Of a DNA stretch of 34,544 nt, positions 28,865 to 34,544 are shown in pieces; positions within the stretch are counted from its first letter, which is position 1, and every line of letters begins with the position of its first letter. Position numbers and translations under genes: made by a program. The notes beneath the pieces were generated by a model, which had not been told where the DNA came from, made no database searches, and saw only the letters and a program-made list of their open reading frames with translations. Source of the DNA: Patescibacteria group bacterium. GTDB lineage: Bacteria > Patescibacteriota > Minisyncoccia > Sungbacterales > JBBTQR01. The stretch covers positions 1 to 34,544 of the forward strand of contig JBBTQR010000011.1 of NCBI GenBank assembly GCA_038065595.1, written 5' to 3'.

Positions 28865-30532
28865 TTAGTGAGGGCATTCATCATCCAAAGACAACCGCTT
28901 TGGAACTTCGCCCGACGACTCGTTTGCTGGCAATGACTTGACTGACGGATATCGAGGCTCAATGCTCGCAATACCACTTCGCATAGCTTCAACGACAAAC
29001 CCTTTCCACGGAAGCAAAAAAAGTTTTTTATCTTCATCGCGCCATTTACAGGTTGGATCAGAAAAAACAAGCGTTTTCTCTCCGTCCAACGGATCCTTCA
29101 GATATATTTTATCCCAATAATTTGAACTTATTATATTCTCCGCGTATGTTCGCGTGGTTTCAACAATAAATCGAGAACGAGTTTTCGGCGTATTCACACA
29201 CGCGCCACCAATCATTCTTTCGGATACAAGTTTTTTTTCTTGCGCGAACGGTGCCTTCGGACCTCTGAAAAAAAGTCCGTCTGTATGGTCGTTGTCATGA
29301 TACAGATAATCGCGAACCGCAACCTCTGCGCTTTTCCACGACTTTCCTGATTTTGCGATATACGCATCAAGCAAATAAAACTTCGTTACCCAATCAAGTT
29401 TTCCATAAAGCGCGGGAAAGTCCTTTTTCTCAAGACAATCGGAAATATCAGAAAAAAATCGCATAAGCAATTTTAAACCTCTTTGTTTCGGATAACGCCG
29501 AAGAATATACTCGCCGAAATAATCCCGATATTTCTGTAAAATATATGTGATACTTCGTTGTTTTGTTGACCCCACAATGTCATATTTTTCTTCAAATTTC
29601 ATATCCCAAGAAACCCTATGAAACGCCGAAACAGGATCACAAAATTCCAGCTCGCGCGGAAATTCATTATCTTCAATCATCATCAGCGCAAGTGAGGTGA
29701 GTCCTATTTTTAGATATTCCGGCAACTGAAGCATATTCGCATCCCCCGCAATCACATGCACGCGACGAAACCGCGAGGGGTCCGCATATGGAACATCGCG
29801 AGTATTGAACAATGGACGATCGTAGGTGGTTTGAGAGCCTTGAAGCGCAGAGAAAAAATCCGCTCGCTGAGAAATCTGAAACTTAACATCATGCGACAAT
29901 AAAGTTTCGTCACACCCAACTTTCCCGGCGCCGATAATAGGGGTCCGCGCGATAAACCACGAACGACCAAGGCATTGCGTGAGACGCTCAAACGGCACAG
30001 CGCGACGGGTTGTATAATTCTCATGGCATCCAAAAGAGCTTCTGCGTTTTGCCACACTTGAGCCTCTCCATTCTTTCGGTTCACCTGCGACATTATTTCT
30101 AAACACACGAAAATGAATTCCACTGGACTCTCTCTGTTTTTTACAAAACGCGTCCACGAGCGCGTAACACGCGCGATTCCAACAAACAAGCTCCCATTCA
30201 CCAAAGCATAACGGCGTTGAAATCTCCAACTGTGATCCATCAAGGTACAGGCGCGCTCCATTTGGGAGCAACATATTTTCCGAATATTTCCATTTTGGAT
30301 CATTAAAAAAATCATGCTCCCGCGCATCTGGATCATCGGCAAGCCGTGAACTTGCGTTCCATGGAATATGCGGATGAGCGGATACAATCCACTCTGGATT
30401 AAATGTTTGAAAAAAAAGACGCCCGCTCAACGACTGCTCGTGTGTCGCTGAAAAAGGATTTGCTACCATAATTCCAAACTCTGTTTCAATTCCGCACGGA
30501 CGATTAATAATCGCGCCCGTTTCATTTTCCAT
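28865..30532 (-). CDS. dop: Pup deamidase/depupylase homolog (Dop), divergent
   Basis: GIETEFG, Dop-loop-like W......D.DAR, LPNGARLYLD, SFGCHENY, GAGKVG, FQISQRADF, NTRD, RRVHVIAGDANM and LDWVTK. ATG 30532 follows GGAGGT. Confidence 0.82.
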   Translation of the reverse strand: MENETGAIINRPCGIETEFGIMVANPFSATHEQSLSGRLFFQTFNPEWIVSAHPHIPWNASSRLADDPDAREHDFFNDPKWKYSENMLLPNGARLYLDGSQLEISTPLCFGEWELVCWNRACYALVDAFCKKQRESSGIHFRVFRNNVAGEPKEWRGSSVAKRRSSFGCHENYTTRRAVPFERLTQCLGRSWFIARTPIIGAGKVGCDETLLSHDVKFQISQRADFFSALQGSQTTYDRPLFNTRDVPYADPSRFRRVHVIAGDANMLQLPEYLKIGLTSLALMMIEDNEFPRELEFCDPVSAFHRVSWDMKFEEKYDIVGSTKQRSITYILQKYRDYFGEYILRRYPKQRGLKLLMRFFSDISDCLEKKDFPALYGKLDWVTKFYLLDAYIAKSGKSWKSAEVAVRDYLYHDNDHTDGLFFRGPKAPFAQEKKLVSERMIGGACVNTPKTRSRFIVETTRTYAENIISSNYWDKIYLKDPLDGEKTLVFSDPTCKWRDEDKKLFLLPWKGFVVEAMRSGIASIEPRYPSVKSLPANESSGEVPKRLSLDDECPH

Positions 30533-30729
30533 TGCACACCTCCACTTTTTTTCAATGAACCTCAACGAACCTATCGGATATTAATTTTAGAGTATCAGAA
30601 TAATTAGATGGAACGCAAGTTGACCAAAGTAAAAATTTTTGCAACGAATACACTAAGAATAGCAGAATAAAGCATTTCAACTGATACAATAAGCGGTTCT
30701 TTTATAATTTTTACAAAACAGGAGGAGCG

Positions 30730-32043
30730 ATGTTCAAACCGCCAAGCGACCTTGCTGATTATTACGCCGTTGTTGCGCCAAGCACCATTGATAGTGAGTT
30801 TATGATCAGACCGTCAAAGGCTGATGGCGTGTATCTATGGGAAGGCAATAAAAAATACATTGATTTTGACGCGAGCGTTGCGACTGTTCCTTTGGGACAC
30901 AAACACCCACTCGTGAATGAGGCGATTTTTAGACAATTAGATACGGTTGACTCGGTAGAATGTTCCGCGCGACCTCCAAAATTTTTTATTACCGTTGCCA
31001 ACCGTGAATATGAAATATCTCCAGAAGCATTAGGACGAAAGCTTCTTGATTCCATATTTCCAAACGAAAACGCTCGAGTCATCTATGGAGTTACTGGAGC
31101 AGAAGGCGTTAATATCGCGGTAAAATTTCTTTTGTACCAACGGCCACGGAGGCGAAGGTTTATTGCTTTTGAAGGCGCATTTCATGGACGAAAAGGATAC
31201 GCGCTGGACCTTACACTTTCAAAAGCTGAACAAAAACGGTACTACCCGACAAGCGGTATCACAGTGCTTCACCTTCCGCTCCCTAAAAAATTAGAAGATG
31301 TTGAACGAATCAAAAACATGCTTGCGCGATATCCACTTGATGAAGTAAACGCGATTTTTGTTGAAGCAATTCAAGGCGAAGGCGGAATTGAAGTTTTTGA
31401 TACAAAACTATGGCACATGCTCGCGCCAATTCTTGAAAAAAATAAAATTGCCATTGTTGCCGATGAAATCCAATGCGGTATAGGACGCACGGGCAGTATG
31501 TGGGGATTTCAATTGATTGATATACATCCCGATATTGTCGTGGCGGGTAAAGGACTTGCAAACGGCACCCCAATAAGCGTTGTTGCGTATAAGCGGAAAC
31601 TTGAAAAAAAGCTCCTTACAAATGGATGGGATGCCGGAACATTCCCAGGGCATCCAACAGCGCTCGCAGCAGGAACAATAACATTTTCTATTATTCAAGA
31701 AGAAAAAACACATGAGCATATACTGGAAATGAGCAAATATCTTTCGCATAAACTTGAATTTGCCATTCCTAAAAAATACGATGGCGAAAATCATTATTGC
31801 GTCTTAAAGGGCGCTGGACTTATGCAAGGAATAGAGTTTCGCAATTTTGATGATACGCCCGACCCAAAAACCCGTGAAATCGTATTGCGCGCAATGAAAA
31901 ATTGGGGGATACTCACTATTCCATGCGGACACTCAAGCATTAACCCGACAATCCGCCTTCTTCCGCCCTATCTCATTCAAAAAGAACACATTGATAAGCT
32001 TATCAACTGTCTATGCGAAATATTTTCATCGTTAGAAAAATGA
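30730..32043 (+). CDS. Class III PLP-dependent aminotransferase (ArgD/GabT-like)
   Basis: TGAEG, AFHGR, EAIQGEGG, DEIQCGIGRTG, AGKGL (PLP Lys) and GTF. Extended -10 TGATACAAT (30682-30690); SD AGGAGG. Confidence 0.9.
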   Translation: MFKPPSDLADYYAVVAPSTIDSEFMIRPSKADGVYLWEGNKKYIDFDASVATVPLGHKHPLVNEAIFRQLDTVDSVECSARPPKFFITVANREYEISPEALGRKLLDSIFPNENARVIYGVTGAEGVNIAVKFLLYQRPRRRRFIAFEGAFHGRKGYALDLTLSKAEQKRYYPTSGITVLHLPLPKKLEDVERIKNMLARYPLDEVNAIFVEAIQGEGGIEVFDTKLWHMLAPILEKNKIAIVADEIQCGIGRTGSMWGFQLIDIHPDIVVAGKGLANGTPISVVAYKRKLEKKLLTNGWDAGTFPGHPTALAAGTITFSIIQEEKTHEHILEMSKYLSHKLEFAIPKKYDGENHYCVLKGAGLMQGIEFRNFDDTPDPKTREIVLRAMKNWGILTIPCGHSSINPTIRLLPPYLIQKEHIDKLINCLCEIFSSLEK

Positions 32044-32133
32044 CCTGTTAATAATTTCTGTAGTTAAGTTTTCCGCAAAAAATTATATTACTTATTTCTC
32101 ACTACTGAAAATAGCCAAAACAAAAAAGAAAAA

Positions 32134-32165
32134 GCCGCGCACTCGCTAAAAGCGAAATGCGCGGT
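32134..32165. terminator. Hairpin between convergent genes
   Basis: GCCGCGCA...TGCGCGGT with inner TCGCT/AGCGA, flanked by A-rich and T-rich sequence. Confidence 0.65.
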
Positions 32166-32196
32166 TATTTTTTACCAAATAATTCTAAATTAAAAC

Positions 32197-34041
32197 TTAA
32201 AGATAGTGGCCAGGGGTAACAGTTTCAACTATTTTTACTTCTTCAAGTTCCTTCCTTCTATCCGAAACCAGCGAGCGAATATGCACCACTTTTTCGCCAA
32301 TGCTCTGCATATCAAGCCAGCGTTGGGCATCTTCGCTTGTATTGGGAAGGTCTTCGGTCTCTGCCATTTCCTGTTCAATGGCAAGGCAAAGATCGCGAAG
32401 CATAACGCCACTGTGCTCAAGACCGCGTGAAACGACTCGTTCAATTATATTTCGTTTAGCACGATTTACGATATTTTCAAGCATAGCACCAGAAACAAAA
32501 TCTTTGAGATAGAGCGTGCGCTTACCACCACCCTGAAGCGTTAATTCAAGAATGCTATTACGCACAGTAACCCTGTGGCCATCTTCACGCATATAGAAAT
32601 ACTTTTCCTCATCAATTGCCCACAATCGTTTAACGGCTCCATCAATCAGGTATTCTATAACAGCTGTCCGTTCACCCTTAAAAGCGTCATACTCCGGCTT
32701 CCATAACGCATCTTTTGGGTCAAGATATTTCTTATGCAGTGGAATTTGTTTCTTCGTAAGGTACACGCGAAAAATTTCTTTCGCGCCTTCCAGATCAGGA
32801 CGGATAATTTTTATTTTTCTATCAACGCGTCCAGGCCGTAAAACCGCCGGATCAATAAGGTCCTGGCGATTAGAAGCAATGAGTATAAGCACATTTTTCA
32901 TTACATCAACGCCGTCAAGCTCTGAAAGAAACTGCGCGACTGCTGTCATCTCAACATCAGAAGAAATCCCTGTCCCGCGCGTTCTTAAAATCGCATCGGC
33001 TTCATCCATAAAAATAACGACGGGACATTGTTCAGTTGCTCGTTCTTTCGCGCGCGCGAACATTTCACGGATTCGTCGTTCAGTTTCACCGACGAATTTA
33101 TCAAGAAGCTGTGGACCCTTCACATTGATGAAGTACCCTTTCACTTCTTTCGTGTTGTGCGCTTCGGCGAGTTTTTTAGCGATGTGCCAAGCAACCGCTT
33201 TAGCAATAAGTGTTTTTCCGCATCCGGGAGGGCCATAGAGAAGAATGCCCTTCACCATTTCCGCACCATATTCAACAAAAAGATCCTTGTGGAGAAACGG
33301 CATTTCAATTTCTTTGCGAATACGCGAAACCTGATCGCGAAGACCTCCAATCTGCGAATATTCAATAGGCTTCACTTCTTCAAGCCAGAGCTCTTTATTT
33401 TCGGTTTTTTCAAGGCACTCAAGAATAATGCCCGAGTTCAGATCGCATAAAAGCTCGTCTCCGACGGAAAACTTCTTATCAGAGAGCGCGCCAGCAATCC
33501 CAAGAACGCGTTTTTCGTCATGATCAACGGTTACACGAACACGCGAAAGATCAATAACAGAATCAACCGTACACACCTTACCGTGTTGTTCTGGCAATCC
33601 AACGCCAACAATCGCGTTTAATTCGTTCAACAGCACTGCAACGCCCGGCACTAAATCTTTGCGCACTTCCTGCACCGGAGAAAAAACCCGCATACGCTGA
33701 CCCCTCACCATTACATCAACCGTTTCCTTTTGAAGACTTATCACGGTCGCATAGTTTTGTGGAGGCGCGGTAAGAAGCTCAATTTTTTTCTCAAGCTCTT
33801 TGGCTTTTGTCATTAATTCAGCGAACTTCCCGCGTGTCCGCAAATAAAATTCGCCCAAACCAGAAAGCTCTCGTTTGGCGTATACAATTTTATCTGAAAC
33901 AAGTTTTAACTCGGCATTCAAATCTTTTCCTAAAACTTTTTCGTTATTACCGATAATATATTTAAGATGATTTGATTGCTCAATAAGCGTTTCTGAAATC
34001 TCGTTTAAAAGGTCGTCAAAACCTCTCGCTTTCTCTGGCAT
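32197..34041 (-). CDS. arc: Proteasomal AAA+ ATPase ARC/Mpa
   Basis: N-terminal coiled coil, two OB-like domains, GPPGCGKT, KFVGETER, FMDE, RTRGTGISSDVE, SNRQDLIDPAVLRPGR, SGAMLENIV, EDLPNT and C-terminal GHYL. Confidence 0.93.
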   Translation of the reverse strand: MPEKARGFDDLLNEISETLIEQSNHLKYIIGNNEKVLGKDLNAELKLVSDKIVYAKRELSGLGEFYLRTRGKFAELMTKAKELEKKIELLTAPPQNYATVISLQKETVDVMVRGQRMRVFSPVQEVRKDLVPGVAVLLNELNAIVGVGLPEQHGKVCTVDSVIDLSRVRVTVDHDEKRVLGIAGALSDKKFSVGDELLCDLNSGIILECLEKTENKELWLEEVKPIEYSQIGGLRDQVSRIRKEIEMPFLHKDLFVEYGAEMVKGILLYGPPGCGKTLIAKAVAWHIAKKLAEAHNTKEVKGYFINVKGPQLLDKFVGETERRIREMFARAKERATEQCPVVIFMDEADAILRTRGTGISSDVEMTAVAQFLSELDGVDVMKNVLILIASNRQDLIDPAVLRPGRVDRKIKIIRPDLEGAKEIFRVYLTKKQIPLHKKYLDPKDALWKPEYDAFKGERTAVIEYLIDGAVKRLWAIDEEKYFYMREDGHRVTVRNSILELTLQGGGKRTLYLKDFVSGAMLENIVNRAKRNIIERVVSRGLEHSGVMLRDLCLAIEQEMAETEDLPNTSEDAQRWLDMQSIGEKVVHIRSLVSDRRKELEEVKIVETVTPGHYL

Positions 34042-34169
34042 AAAAACCTCCCTATAAAAAAGTTAGCGAAAAGAATTATTGTAAAAGAATAAAAACATAC
34101 TATACTCAAACCGCTAAAAACACAACTAGACCACACTTTTACAATAATTCAAAAATGCGCTACAACTAT

Positions 34170-34178
34170 TGATATAAT
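34170..34178 (+). promoter_or_regulatory. Extended -10 promoter for the tRNA locus
   Basis: TGATATAAT ends 16 bp before the outer tRNA 5' end. Confidence 0.6.
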
Positions 34179-34194
34179 AATTCAAAAATAGCAA

Positions 34195-34432
34195 CCGCCC
34201 ATAGCTCAACGGTTAGAGCACCGAGCTTACCAACGGCAACGAATAAAAAGTAAAACAAAATAGACGCTCTCGGTCCGTAGCTCAACGGCAGAGCAGTCGT
34301 CTTATACACGACCGGTTGTAGGTTCGAATCCTACCGGACCGAGAGCGAATATTTTGAATTTTATTTTTTGCGAGTGAACCGTTGGCACGAAGTATACCTC
34401 GGGGGTTCTTGGTTCGAATCCAAGCGGGTGGA
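34195..34432 (+). tRNA. Interrupted tRNA-Ile(UAU): 5' part 34195-34227, 165-nt insertion 34228-34392, 3' part 34393-34432
   Basis: The joined halves give a cloverleaf: acceptor CCGCCCA/CGGGTGG (one G:U, one A:C), D arm GCTC/GAGC, anticodon arm CCGAG-CT|TAT-AC-CTCGG, T arm CTTGG-TTCGAAT-CCAAG, and A73. Confidence 0.82.
34271..34342 (+). tRNA. Intact tRNA-Ile(UAU) nested inside the insertion of the outer tRNA
   Basis: Acceptor CGGTCCG/CGGACCG, anticodon arm GTCGT-CT-TAT-AC-ACGAC (anticodon 34303-34305), T arm GTAGG-TTCGAAT-CCTAC, and A73. Confidence 0.92.
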
Positions 34433-34506
34433 CTTTGTTAATTTATCTGGCGTTTCTGATTCAAGTTTAGAAGGAATATTAAAATAAAACTCCCCAGAGC
34501 ATCAGA

Positions 34507-34523
34507 GCAAAGCCCCGAGGTAT
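34507..34523. repeat. Partial second copy of the REP-like element (GCAAAGCCCCGAGGTAT)
   Basis: 17/17 identity with 19227-19243; the left arm is degenerate. Confidence 0.65.
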
Positions 34524-34544
34524 CGTCAGGAATCGCTTTTCGCC

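Noticed and set aside
28865-28960. SSGE in the Dop C-terminal tail as a possible fused tag
   Set aside because: It is internal rather than terminal, and there is no Pup/UBact-like helix before it.
34228-34392. Canonical group I intron or prophage att site as the explanation of the tRNA insertion
   Set aside because: No room or recognisable sequence for a P3-P7 core. The inner and outer tRNA stems differ, so there is no att-type direct repeat, and there is no integrase. Not fully excluded without a covariance-model search.
1-34544. CRISPR array, rRNA, transposase, integrase, or alternative genetic code 25
   Set aside because: No regularly spaced repeats or such genes were seen. TGA terminates intact genes (13875, 32043), consistent with code 11.

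Overview
This is a bacterial chromosomal window using genetic code 11 (TGA acts as stop). It is most likely from Patescibacteria/CPR (Parcubacteria-like); this is an inference from tRNA-Arg(GCG), tRNA-Ile(UAU), no encoded CCA ends, SD-less core genes and CPR-typical membrane proteins. From left to right it holds: (1) a minus-strand operon of thioredoxin, DoxX-like protein, a CcdA/DsbD-multicopper oxidase fusion and a large S8 subtilase that runs off the window and is absent from the ORF track; (2) tRNA-Arg followed by a two-gene surface-protein cassette (one with a thrombospondin-1 repeat) bracketed by an identical 26-bp palindrome; (3) a ~10.5-kb lipid-catabolic cluster (patatin, GlpQ-like GDPD, GlpO/LhgO-like FAD oxidase, acyl-CoA dehydrogenase, two thiolases, and two 5'-truncated acyl-CoA dehydrogenases joined at an apparent deletion scar); (4) recG, a DUF2298-like membrane protein and a GT2; (5) a Pup/UBact-type locus (arc, dop, pafA) with no tag or 20S genes, interrupted by a class III aminotransferase; (6) a nested tRNA gene, in which an intact tRNA-Ile(UAU) sits at the tip of a long hairpin that interrupts the anticodon loop of a second tRNA-Ile(UAU). 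Most accessory genes share a 5' layout of -10 element, boxA-like 12-mer and Shine-Dalgarno site that the core-type genes lack. All calls come from manual reading; no searches were run.
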